NCBI GenBank assembly: GCA_963749495.1
Contig: CAVVMW010000005.1
Location: 1 to 64,000 of the forward strand
Reading direction: 5' to 3'
DNA from: an uncultured bacterium
Lineage (GTDB): Bacteria; Verrucomicrobiota; Verrucomicrobiia; Limisphaerales; UBA8199
Length of the DNA stretch: 64,000 nt
Position 1 is the first letter of the stretch. Every line of letters begins with the position of its first letter. Positions 30,901 to 40,290 of the stretch are shown piece after piece. Below the pieces are notes generated by a model. The model did not search any database. It worked only from the letters and a program-made list of their open reading frames with translations, and was not told the DNA's origin. Made by a program: the position numbers and the translations under genes.

Positions 30901-31117
30901 GAACCCCGCCGTGGAAGACCAAGCCACCGACCGCGCCCATCGCATTGGGCAGACCCGGGTCGTCACCAGCTACAAACTCATTGCCCGCGACACCGTGGAA
31001 GAGAAGATCCTGGCCTTGCAAAACCGCAAGCGCGAGGTCATCCAAGCCACCCTCGGCGGTGAAGAAGCCTTCGTCGGCTCCTTGAGCTGGGAAGAAATCC
31101 AGGAACTGCTGGCATAG
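27950..31117 (+). CDS. SWIM zinc finger + SNF2-family helicase
   Basis: CTC..ICAH SWIM motif; LRPYQ, ILADEMGLGKT, DEAQHIKN, LTGTPLEN, SLKAGGTGLNLT, QATDRAHRIGQ. Confidence 0.95.
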   Translation: MSVELTEALLSKAAGWDVMKRARLYLAQGQVLSSYWAAPLLRGVVQADGVSFRASIVIHSDIDLENLCTCREAREWGKICAHVVGVGLHWLKAQQPQAAPAPPRSSASAGASAPAPRRAPALERDAAGQPAELFIILPPNLDQALARGKVMLVLEAKWSGGRCPLSALPRGRTYAFSPRDTVVLERLETLAGGETPAVLQLPVKDLASLLPALAGHPNVTLGKATEVTITRTPLHLPIRATLEGNGEIVLALKSKPASLAILEDWAWQHPTFQPLGLPPSSGAGITSAPPSSMLRNLFQAPARVPRSQVPLLLSQDWPRLLAAGEVEANFKLENFTLEPQAPRFLLELRGGLAQLTGLLQCGYGPRIMTLGVTAPGETVWLPDPDAPTRYSTRDLGAERAALARLQRSGFSGPDAQGRLQLLGQNAVLNFFAREFPKLQREWSVTLEERLERSATHNLERIEPQFQVTPSGVQWFDLGVVFASSGGQTFSAADIQRLLLSGQSHTRLKNGRMALIDTGAVEELQEVLRDCAPEQHGQGYRLSSAQAGFLDATLRQQAGWRVAAPAAWRERAARQRGETKLECPPLEDLDAVLRPYQKQGVAWLRFLRDNSFGGILADEMGLGKTVQTLAFVRHVRRQEPGGAPMLVICPTSLVFNWVAEAKKFTPSLKVLALHGPERHAAFAQIPQSDLVVTSYALIRRDAERYRELEFGIAVLDEAQHIKNRQTQNAQAVKSVRARQRLVLTGTPLENSVLDLWSIFDFLMPGYLGTAQDFRERYELPITREKDGSAQARLARRLRPFLLRRLKKEVAADLPAKIEQVSFCELTPDQRSAYQQVIKAGRKEILDAAADASGQARSRMMVLKALLRLRQVCCDLRLLKLEGVDPANASGKLEVFDELLEEIIDGGHRALVFSQFVSLLALLKEKLTAEGIEFCYLDGSTVDRAAVVARFQNNSAIPVFLISLKAGGTGLNLTGADTVIHFDPWWNPAVEDQATDRAHRIGQTRVVTSYKLIARDTVEEKILALQNRKREVIQATLGGEEAFVGSLSWEEIQELLA

Positions 31118-31206
31118 AGCTTATCATAGCCGGCGTGGTGATAACCCAACCTCCCCCATCGACTGCAAACAGAGACGAAAAACCGGCGCCGCCTGCACCC
31201 GGCAGG

Positions 31207-31551
31207 TTATGCCTTTTTCCGCCGGCTGGCAGCCATTTCTCTCTTTGCCTTCGCATATAGCTTTTTCGCCTCTTTCCTGTTCTCCTCAACCTCCCGAGGA
31301 TCTCGTGGGCGGACGAACTGCGGGGGGACACCGGAGCCCGGCGGGGCCTTGACCAGCCGGAAGGAAATGCGTTGGCCCGGCTTAATATTCGGGAGCTGCC
31401 ACTGCCAGCTTTCAGTGTCATTCCCTGTCATGATGTGCGCCCGCGTGTAAGTGCGGGGAACATTTCCAACCATTGCCGCAAATGTGGAACCTTCGGGCGG
31501 CACATAAATCCCGATGCGTCTTCCGTTAATTGACACTTCGAGGGCGTTCAT
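31207..31551 (-). CDS. Hypothetical protein in an integron-type gene cassette
   Basis: 114 aa; ATG about 10 nt after GTTATGCC; stop lies inside the complementary GGCATAAC. Confidence 0.65.
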   Translation of the reverse strand: MNALEVSINGRRIGIYVPPEGSTFAAMVGNVPRTYTRAHIMTGNDTESWQWQLPNIKPGQRISFRLVKAPPGSGVPPQFVRPRDPREVEENRKEAKKLYAKAKREMAASRRKKA

Positions 31552-31560
31552 GCGCACGGG

Positions 31561-31651
31561 GCATAACGATGAGCGCAGCCACGCCGGGGCGACGGCGCCG
31601 AGCAGAAACGCGTGGGATCCCCCGGCGTTGGCTGCCGCGAACTGGTTGGCC
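31561..31651 (-). other. attC-like recombination site
   Basis: Minus strand: GGCCAAC...gcagccaacgccgggg...ccccggcgtggctgc...GTTATGC; inner IR has one extrahelical base; 91 bp. Confidence 0.7.
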
Positions 31652-31740
31652 GACGTGTCGTCATTTGGACTCCGAGCGCTTCGTCAGCACAGGCTGGCAC
31701 TCTCCTTTGTGCCTGTCACGCACAGAAACGCTCGAACAAG

Positions 31741-32067
31741 CACCCGTGGGAGCAATCCGTCGGCGACTTCCTCACTGAACGACGGCTCGATTCCACGGAA
31801 TTTGATTCGGCGTTCGGCACGATCGGAGGTGGAAATCACTTCGCCGAGTTGCAGGCGGTCGAAAAAGTCCTCGACCCTGACGAATTCAAGAAAATCGGGT
31901 TGGGCAAGCAGCAACTCGTGGTGCTGGTTCACAGCGGCTCGCGCGGATTGGGCGAATCCGTCCTCCACCACCATGTGGATCGATACGTCGCGAACGGCGT
32001 GGAGGCGGAATCGTTCGCGGCGGGGGAATACCTCTGCGGTCACGACTTCGCCACGCGCTGGGCCAAG
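31741..32067 (+). pseudogene. rtcB: Internal fragment of an RtcB-family RNA ligase (PrfH-associated type)
   Basis: GTIGGGNHFAELQ and LVHSGSRGLG motifs; both termini missing. Confidence 0.8.
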
Positions 32068-32153
32068 GGTAGTGTCGCGAGAGACGCATGTGACGGCATT
32101 GTTCGCCCGACGGCCCGCGGCACGTCCCGGGGCGGGCCGCCGGGCCGGTGACC

Positions 32154-32966
32154 TTAGCGAGCACCCCCTCGGGGCAGGTTGGATCGCGTCAGCGCCTTCA
32201 GCACCGTCTTCAACTGCTCCGGCAGCAACCGCTGGCCCTCCGCCTCCAAGTGCTCGAAATTCGGATACCGGGCGATGGGCGCTTCCAGACTGGCCGCAGC
32301 GTCCGACGCATGGCCCACTGCCTCCCGCAATGCGACGAGAAGGCCGGCCAGCATTGCGCTCTGCTCACCCACCTCTTTAGTCAACCGCTTCAGACTGCGC
32401 GTTTCCCAGAATAGGCCATCGTCGCTCACGTCGTCCAGAAAACCGAGCTTCTTGGCCTCGTCCAGGAGCGCAACCACTCCCAAGTGGCAGCGCAGGAAAT
32501 TTGGCAGCCCGCCGTAGCGCGGGTCGCTGGCGTAATGCGTCTTGCAGAAGGAACCCCATGACCAGCCTCGCAGCTTGGTCCGGAGCTTCCCGAATGTCGG
32601 GTCAAAAACCTCGCTGGGGAACTGGCAAAGCCCGAAGTTGGCCGGTTCGCACCCGTCGCCCGAGTCCGTCTCAAACGCGATCACGTGCTGGGGCAGAACA
32701 CGCACAGGATCACGGGTGATGCCCAGGCGTTTCTCCCGCGGTTTGACTGGAAGCACGATGCGGCCACGCGCCTGAATCAGCAGCCAGCGATGCGGCGCGT
32801 CGATGGCCAGCCGCCTGAAATCACACTCGTCGCCACGAAATTCGGTCATGTCGCCAACATGCTTAAGAGGCAGATCGAGCGCCGCCTGATGAAGCTGCCG
32901 CACGAGCTTGCGAGAGTGGGCTTCGTTTCCAGTGGTCGCCAGTTGGTAATAAATCGTCAGTCCCAT
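32154..32966 (-). CDS. Hypothetical protein, possibly mobile-element associated
   Basis: MGLTIYYQL...GCEPANFGLC...WGSFCKTHYA...CHLGVVALLD...VSDDGLFWE; conserved-looking Cys/His/Trp pattern. Confidence 0.75.
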   Translation of the reverse strand: MGLTIYYQLATTGNEAHSRKLVRQLHQAALDLPLKHVGDMTEFRGDECDFRRLAIDAPHRWLLIQARGRIVLPVKPREKRLGITRDPVRVLPQHVIAFETDSGDGCEPANFGLCQFPSEVFDPTFGKLRTKLRGWSWGSFCKTHYASDPRYGGLPNFLRCHLGVVALLDEAKKLGFLDDVSDDGLFWETRSLKRLTKEVGEQSAMLAGLLVALREAVGHASDAAASLEAPIARYPNFEHLEAEGQRLLPEQLKTVLKALTRSNLPRGGAR

Positions 32967-33017
32967 ATCGCTTCGCTGGTGTTGAGGTTGCTGTTCATAC
33001 GTCGGATTTCAGAATTA

Positions 33018-33455
33018 TTAAACAGAGGTGGCACCGCGGGAACGGATCTCAGCGATCAGGTGCTCGGTAAACACCTTTGAAAGGTCCGTGGCACAGCCAA
33101 TCGTTTCTTCCTCCAAGGCCTCCTCCTCCTCCTCAGCGGCCCCGGCCTCTGCGCACGAGAGGGCCTGTGTCGTGTAAGACCGGTCAAGCTCGGCCGCTTC
33201 GGCTCTCCGGGCGGCCTCCTCTACAGTTGCCTCCAACGTGCGACCACGCGCCATGATGGTCTTGCGGCCGTGTTCTTCGTCGTGGCCCTGGCAACCACCC
33301 CATGTTTCCACGATCTCGATAGTCCAGCGGTCCGGACGCGTGCGCGAGATCGTGACGTCTACGTCGTGGTAGTTATGACCGGGCACGTGCCCGTATTTTT
33401 TCCCCGCAGAGGATGTGACTTTTAGAGTTTTCATTCGATTTGTGCTTTTGCTCAT
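33018..33455 (-). CDS. Hypothetical protein
   Basis: 145 aa, same orientation as the neighbouring gene, AT-richer upstream region. Confidence 0.55.
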   Translation of the reverse strand: MSKSTNRMKTLKVTSSAGKKYGHVPGHNYHDVDVTISRTRPDRWTIEIVETWGGCQGHDEEHGRKTIMARGRTLEATVEEAARRAEAAELDRSYTTQALSCAEAGAAEEEEEALEEETIGCATDLSKVFTEHLIAEIRSRGATSV

Positions 33456-34255
33456 ATATGTTTCGTTTGGCTACCAACTCGTCTGCCCCCTTTGGGATGC
33501 GCGCTCGGCCAGCGGCTTGGCCAGGCTCGCGATCACGCGCAGTGACGTTCATACCTTTCCAGAACATTCTGAGTTCTGCAGGAGGGCACACTTTTCTTGT
33601 CCCATTGTCGTCTTCTGTGCTAATTCCTTGTTTCACTTCTCGGTCCGAACGTCCCTACGCCACGCGGCGTGGACCTGAGCGTATCCAACTTAATCCCCCG
33701 CCGTGATGTGCCATAGCTTGGCATCTTCGTGCCTTCGGCTTCGGAGTGGATCCCGATTTGGACAGAACGGTCGCCCAGATCCCATTGAACCCGCCAGGCC
33801 GACCCACCAGCCGATGCTGTAATGCCACCTCATCGTGGCACGAAGCCCTCGGCCCGGATGGACCAGCAGCCCCGAGCTCGACGTTCGCCGAAGCGGGCAC
33901 ACCGCCCCGACGTTCTTCATCCAGAAGAGCATCCGCCAATTAAGCATGTGTCTGCTCTCGAGTTGGAGGTGTTGGCCCTGACCAAGGCGTTCGAACCGGC
34001 CCGCTTCAACCGGGTCAACACGCGCAAAGGGCTGCTGGAAGGCCACGTTGAGCCCAAGGCGGTCACCAATCCGCCGTGCGCAGCCACGTTCTTTTCAGGC
34101 GCGTTATCCGAGCCGACCGAAAGCCGGTGTCGACCGCGATTGCCTCAGTCGAACAAACTGCCCTCGAAGGCAGTTACGCGGGGATTCGTCGCCGAGGGGC
34201 ACGGATCTGGTGGCAGTGACCAACGAGATGGGCGAGTTTGACATGCACCGTCCCC

Positions 34256-34346
34256 GGAGTGCAGTCGCATAGACCAGATCCATGTGCCGGCGCACTACTA
34301 CTGCAAGCGCCGGCTGGCCCCCCCGGCTCGCGAACCGGCGCAACAG
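34256..34346 (-). pseudogene. N-terminal fragment of an ECF sigma factor
   Basis: LRRFASRGGQPALAVVVRRHMDLVYATALR resembles the N-terminus of the sigma at 3883. Confidence 0.65.
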
Positions 34347-34371
34347 ACTCGAAATCGCCCTCGTTCGTCTT

Positions 34372-34898
34372 TCACCCTATAGGCTGCCCCCGATGGGCAA
34401 AAATTACCACGATGAGCGGGTTGGTGCGCCACCGCTGCTCGATCAGGTTCAGCCACTCGGTCATGGGCGGCCTATAGGCGGGCTCCTCCTGGACCATCCG
34501 CCGGGCGCCCATCATCAGCGCGAGTTCGCCATGGATGCACAGGCTCCGCACCGGCTTCACCCTGTGAGGCCGGGCCTTGGCACAGGGCATCAGGAAGGCG
34601 TAAATGCCGTCCCGCTGCTCGATTTTGAACGTCTCGTGGATGAACTGGTCAATGACCTCGAGGTATTGGTCCTTCGTCTGCGGCTCGCGCAGGCCCATGT
34701 TCACCACAGATCAAACCAGGAAGCTCCGCCCATGAGATCCCACTCCGCGTTGCTGGTGCGCATTCTCCTGAGCTCCGCCTGCTGCGAGTTGGCTTCGCTC
34801 CAGAGGCGGGCGTGCCGGGCCACCAATTGCCCGCCCTTTGGAGATATGCCCTTTTCCTGATAAAATTCGGATACGGGCTTGCGGAAGAAGATATGCAA
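34372..34898 (-). pseudogene. Frameshifted fragment of a hypothetical gene
   Basis: Two consecutive protein-like frames (..RMRTSNAEWDLMG / NMGLREP..GELALMMGARRMV). Confidence 0.45.
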
Positions 34899-35126
34899 AG
34901 CTGGGCAGCGCCGGGAGAGAGTGATCGCGACGCTCTCGAATGGGCTAACGGGTTGCCGGACGGGCCGGAGCGCGATGCCTTTCTTGCGGGCCTCTGCACC
35001 ACGTCAAACATGGCCGATCCGGAGGATGCCATGCAAAAAGCGCTCTTAATGTCTCCGGGCAAAGCCCAGACCGAAATCTTCCAGGAGACGGCGTTCCGGT
35101 GGGTTTGCGAATTGCTGGCCAAATGA
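34893..35126 (+). pseudogene. Fragment of a Trp-containing helical repeat protein
   Basis: ALEWANGLPDGPERDAFL...DPEDAM repeat unit. Confidence 0.45.
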
Positions 35127-35755
35127 CTCTCCTCCTGGCGGGGCCTGCGCCTGCCACTCCGCGATCACAGATTTGCCTCGCCACTGTCTCAATACAGGAC
35201 ACCTGTCCCCACACCGAACGACGATTCGAAGCTGTGTTTTCAAGCAACTCTCCGGCGATGACAATTCAGTAGTCGGCTAGGCCGCCTTCGATATTTCACC
35301 GCGCCTGCGCTCTAAAATGTCCTCCGTGCCTGGCAGTTGCGTTGACGGTGAACGTCCTCTCGATCAACGCGTTTGCCAACGTCCTCGAGATGCTGGCCCA
35401 CCTACGCGCCATCGGTATCACGGCGAAGACCTGCAGCCCCCGCCCACAGGTCATCATGGTTGCTACGCAAGTGACCGACCCCGAAGTGGACCGGCCATCC
35501 CTTTTCGAGGTGGCACGCACCTACGTCTCTCAAGGGCAGGCGCTTCTCTCTGGCGCGCAACGTGCTACACCGGCTCGCGATCGAGTGACGCCTATAGTAA
35601 ATAAGCGGCAGACCCGAAAACGCGCATCGATTGCCGAAGCGCGGGTCTGCCTGCACTCGCGAATCATCCCCGCTCCTCACGCCTGCGTTAAAAAACCAGC
35701 CGACACTGCTGCTATACATAATAACCAAAAGATACAACTCGGAGGCTAATCTGAA

Positions 35756-36370
35756 ATGACAGCAGATCCGATCAGCTCAGCACTTCTAAATGAGAGTATC
35801 ACGATCGCACCCGGCACGATAGCAGAAGAGCGGCTAATGTTCCAGTGGGACTTCAGCTCCCTGCTGCGAATTGCGAACGAGTTCAAAAAGGCCGACATTG
35901 CTGCCCCAAAGGACGTATCCGCAATGTGGGGGTCAGGCACCGTCGAGAAGCGCCAGCCCAAGTGGCACTTGAGCAAACCAAGCGCATACCCTCGAGAGGT
36001 GCCACATCGCGACCAGGTTCAAGGAGGGGTTACTGCCGAGCAACTCGCGGCGGCAAAGGACGATCATGGCTGGACGGCCCTACATTATGTAGCCGCATAC
36101 GGACATCTCGCCCAGATCAGGGGAGAAGTCAAGATAGGGCAGCTTCTTGGAGTTAAGTCTAATGACGGCACAAGTGCTTTCGATGCCGCAGTCGAGGGTG
36201 GCCAGCTTGGGCAAGCATTTGGTCCCGAGCCCCTCGGTGCATGGTTAGAGCTACACGCGTATGAGCAACAACTCGTGCGTGACGCTCTGAAGGAAAAACG
36301 CATTCCCGAGAAGATCGCAAGGGTCATCGGCATCTGCTGCAACGCGGACGACCCACCGGCCTGGATGTGA
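35756..36370 (+). CDS. Ankyrin-repeat-like protein
   Basis: DDHGWTALHYVAAYGHL and NDGTSAFDAAVEGGQL. Confidence 0.6.
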   Translation: MTADPISSALLNESITIAPGTIAEERLMFQWDFSSLLRIANEFKKADIAAPKDVSAMWGSGTVEKRQPKWHLSKPSAYPREVPHRDQVQGGVTAEQLAAAKDDHGWTALHYVAAYGHLAQIRGEVKIGQLLGVKSNDGTSAFDAAVEGGQLGQAFGPEPLGAWLELHAYEQQLVRDALKEKRIPEKIARVIGICCNADDPPAWM

Positions 36371-36735
36371 CAGCGGACCGATCAACTTCGCCGAACTGAC
36401 CTTGGTGAGCGTTTAGAGGGCTTGGGCCGTGTGCGGCTGGCGTGGATTTGGCGCCAGGCGCGACTGGAGCAGGAGCCACAACCGGTGGTGATTTAGGATC
36501 GGCCACGAATGTGCTGGCCGTCGGGTGGCCGGCTGGCGGGAACGGGGCCAGATCCAGCAAGCACCGGTCGTGGCAGAGCAGATCGAGGTGGATTTTATGG
36601 GCGGCTGCGAGTTTACTGGCATCGGTCTGCGCGGCGCTGGCGTCGGGCCAGGATTCGAGGGCGTCCAACTCGCGCCACCAGGCCTTCTCCAATTCGGTGA
36701 TGAGGAAATCTGCGCTGTCATCCTCGCGCACTGGC

Positions 36736-37100
36736 CAAAGGGGCAACTCGCCTTCGCCGGCTACGCCGATCCCGCCTCTGCCCTTGAAACGGCCCTCTGC
36801 GCCATGAGCCGGGGCGACATAAACCTCCCGGCCGCCAGTGTGACACCGGAGGCGAAGAGGAGAATGACCCGCGAAGACTGGGTGGGGGTCGAGCATGGCT
36901 CCCCAGCGGATGAGATCGCAGCCTCGACCAGGAGCATTGCGGATTCGCTCAGCCCATCCGGCGCATTCTACTTGGTTAGTCAAAAACTGACTCCCCCGGA
37001 TCAGGCGATTCTGGACGTTTACCTCGGTGGCGAGGGCAACACCCGCAAGTTCGTGCTCGAGAAGATCGGGGCCTAGTGGAAGCTGAAGGCCTTGGGCGCC
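36736..37100 (+). pseudogene. C-terminal fragment resembling an extended-ECF extracytoplasmic domain
   Basis: AFAGYADPASALETALCAMSRGD...KFVLEKIGA*WKLK; the in-frame TAG looks premature. Confidence 0.4.
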
Positions 37101-37197
37101 GCCGGAGCCGGGGACGACGACCTGGGCGCGCCAGTTTGGCCCTGAGAGTAGGTCAACAACAGTCGGACGCGGCCAACTTGCCCGAGGGGCTCACCGA

Positions 37198-38079
37198 TCA
37201 ATGCCCGAACACGCCCTTGCGAAAGAGGAAACTGCGCTCCTTGGCTCTAACCAGGATGAGTTTGCCATTGTCATACCGCCAATAATGGCTGGCGACGGTC
37301 CTGCCTTTGGCGTCGTAACGTTGGGTTTTAATCGTGCCCTTATCCTCCAGAAACTCGGCGCCCCCGTCACCCGTGTCCTGCACTACCTCGGCCTGCTCGA
37401 AATGGTCGTTTGACCAGCGGTAGATATTGAGCCAGGGCGGCAGCTCACCAGGAGACTGCTCGAAAATAACCCAGTCGCCCCCATAAGTGGCTACGCGCTG
37501 CGGAGTTCCATACATCGTCAACAGGCGAACCCACTGCTTCCTCCGCGGATCAAACCCAAGGATTTCCGTGAAGTCGCACGCCGCCCCTAAGCCCCCCTCC
37601 AGGACGACCTCCTCCGCATCCCAAGTTGTGAGCTTGGCCGTAGCTATGCGAACGCCCACAACCCCGTAAGAGCAGACATTTCCGAAAGGGTCACTTCCGA
37701 GATCGTAAAGCACCGAATGATCCTCCAGGAATCCGTAAACGCCGCCCATGTCAACGCCCTTATCCGTTGGATCAACGAAGAGGTGGATGACAGCCGGTTG
37801 CTGACGGCAATCATCCTCGTGGACCTTTGGCACGGGCCAGAACTGAACGGTTTTTGCCTTCAGCCACTGGTTCTTCGGTTTGCCGACGGCTAGTTGCTCC
37901 ACTGCGACCGGGCGGAAGCTCAAGGCAATCGCTTCGTGAGACGCCCTGGCCCCGCGAGGGCGGTCCCCCAATTCCCGGGTCTGCGCTAACGGATCGGCGG
38001 GCGCAACAACGACGAGCAGGCCCATCGCCGCGCAAGAAACAGGCCAGAACGATAACCACTTGAATTTCGGACAGAGCAT
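37198..38079 (-). CDS. Hypothetical secreted protein
   Basis: Signal-like N-terminus; beta-rich body (IYRWSNDHF, YWRYDNGKL). Confidence 0.6.
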   Translation of the reverse strand: MLCPKFKWLSFWPVSCAAMGLLVVVAPADPLAQTRELGDRPRGARASHEAIALSFRPVAVEQLAVGKPKNQWLKAKTVQFWPVPKVHEDDCRQQPAVIHLFVDPTDKGVDMGGVYGFLEDHSVLYDLGSDPFGNVCSYGVVGVRIATAKLTTWDAEEVVLEGGLGAACDFTEILGFDPRRKQWVRLLTMYGTPQRVATYGGDWVIFEQSPGELPPWLNIYRWSNDHFEQAEVVQDTGDGGAEFLEDKGTIKTQRYDAKGRTVASHYWRYDNGKLILVRAKERSFLFRKGVFGH

Positions 38080-38152
38080 AACGTTGATGAGAAAGCTGAT
38101 AGGCGTAGTATGATCTGGCAGGGCAGGGGTGGCGAGTGGTTGAATAGAGCCG

Positions 38153-40043
38153 CTACCGGAAAAGCGTGGGCTTCGAGCCACAGGCCCCAGTTGCCGCCAT
38201 TGAACAGCGAGGCCTTCTGCACGATGAGTTCCAGCGTTTTCACACCCGCCACATTGATGTCATAGGCGGCTTTGGCCGAGCCGCGAATGGTGCGGGAACG
38301 GAAGGCCTCTTTGCCATCGGCCTTGATGATGAACACGACCGAGCCGTGCGGTTGGTGCATCGTGTGCAAGCCGGCTTCGCCCCGCAACTTCCTCCATTTG
38401 CCGCCCAAATCGAAGACATACCGGGAAGGTGAATGCGCGTAAAGGCCGGTGGCATAGACTCTTCCTGAATCCAGCAGCGGAGACGGGATCTCGTCATTCC
38501 TGGGGATGCGGTTGGCGGCGGGCTGGAGCCAGCCCACCTCCGCGGATGCGGGTTGGGCCTCGCCCAAAGCCAGCCGTGTGAATTCGGCTGGGGCAGTGGC
38601 CGGGATGGGCCTGGCCTCAGAGGCGAGGGTGGCGACGAGCTTGCGCGCGATTTCCCTGGTGGACTCCGGCACGGAGCGGGTTTCCAGTGCCTGCACGGCG
38701 GCGCGGGCGGCCTCGGCGTGCCCGTCGGCCACCGCGGAGGCCACCGGTTCCAGGTCTCGGCGAAGTTCCCACTGGGAGAGGTCCACGCGGCCTTCCGGCG
38801 TGACGGCGAACCCCAGGCGCTGTTCGGAGACGCGGCCGTTGACATGGCAGAATTCGACGCGCAAATCCCCGTTGCCGCAAGGTGCCAGGTCGCTGATCTC
38901 GATGGCGAAACGGCCCTGCGCATCGGGCACGGATGTGGCCGTCGGCGCGCGATACCCGCCGTCGTGCAGGCTGTCGAAATAAGCGATGATCCCGTAAATC
39001 GGGGGCGTGCCGGTCACCGTCCCTTCGAGGCGAAGCGCGCCGCGCTTGCCGGCCAGGTCGGTTCGTGTCACGTTCGTGGAGAGAGACAAACTGCAGTGTT
39101 CGAGCCGGCCGTTTTCGGCCTGCCCTTTGTCCGACCCGTTGAACACGGGATGGGCGGCCAACCGCATGGCGCTGGCCATGGTCAGGAATGACCCCTGGCC
39201 TTCGCCGCGGCGCTCCTCGCGGTAGGTATGGTTGCCCGCGCCCATGAGCGAAGTGCCCAGGGCCTTCTCATCCCAGCGCTCGCCGCAATGAGGCAGCCGG
39301 AACGCGTGGCCCAGTTCGTGGGCGATGCCGCCCAGAAAAATGGTGGTGTGCTTGCCCAGCGACATGTCGCCATACTCGCCGTCGTTCAGCCGGGGTTGCT
39401 TCCGCGTGAGGTTTGCCAGGTCCTGGTTCGCCCAATCCGCGGCAAAGCACAACCCAGCCTGCTCCGACCAGTCACCGAAATAGGGCGAATGATGCCGAAA
39501 GGTGCCGGCCTTCTCATCATAGGTGGCCAGGTGACAGAAGATGAGCACGGTCTCGCGGTCGAAAGAGATCCCGGCAGCCTCGAGCACCGGACGGCAGTCC
39601 CGCTTGACCATGTCGCCGCCTTCCGGTGCGCCTGTATTGCCTCCGTTCCGGCCTATCCACCGCGGGAAGGCCGCTTCCGGCTCCTTGCCTTTGACCAGAT
39701 GGAAAACGAGCTTCCCGTCGGCGTCGCGCGCCAAGGCAAAGGTCCTCGGCCCAAACCCGCACCGGCTCATGCCGTCCCTGTAAAAGGCGCGCACGTCTTC
39801 GATAATGGCGTCCAAACGCTGCTCGTAGTTGGCCGCGGGCTCACGGTCCGCCGGCGTGAAATAGACCAGGTGCAGTTTCCTGGGCGGTTCGGCGGGACGC
39901 GGGCCATGGTAGGCGTCGAGGATCTTCAACACCAGCGCCGCCTGCTGCGATTCAGGGATGGGGTCCGTCGCACCCAGCGCCGCCATCATGGAGGCCAACA
40001 GACCTAGTCCGAATCCGACAACCAACCGGGAGCCACATCGCAT
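38153..40043 (-). CDS. Secreted zinc metallopeptidase-like protein with C-terminal NPCBM/NEW2 domain
   Basis: HELGHAFRLPH and SLMG Met-turn; GLYAHSPSRYVFDLGGKW..GSVVF..VKTLELIV. A probable +1 indel at about 38172 hides the natural end WLEPTLFR* (ORF track runs to 37986). Confidence 0.8.
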
Positions 40044-40290
40044 ACACCCCCAGCGATTAGCGGAAGAGCGGCCGGGATGTCAAGGTTCCGGCCGCGTTTC
40101 CATTGCCTTGCCAGTTGCTGGCCCGTCTCATTGGGAGCGGAATCCGGCATTCGTCATCGGGCGGGCCCTTAGGCCGCTCGACCGCCGATGGCCTCAGTCT
40201 GGCGAGTTGCTGGTCGAATGTGGCGACTTCCAAGAATGTTCACGCCCCTCAAACACGCCCGCCGAGCCTTGCTACAAACTTGCTACAACC

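Noticed and set aside
27950..31117. SNF2 helicase as part of an anti-phage system
   Set aside because: SWIM-SNF2 is a common stand-alone gene, and no methylase, nuclease or other defence partner is adjacent.
37074..37076. In-frame TAG (KIGA*WKL) as pyrrolysine or readthrough
   Set aside because: It lies in a 5'-truncated relic; a simple nonsense mutation is more likely.
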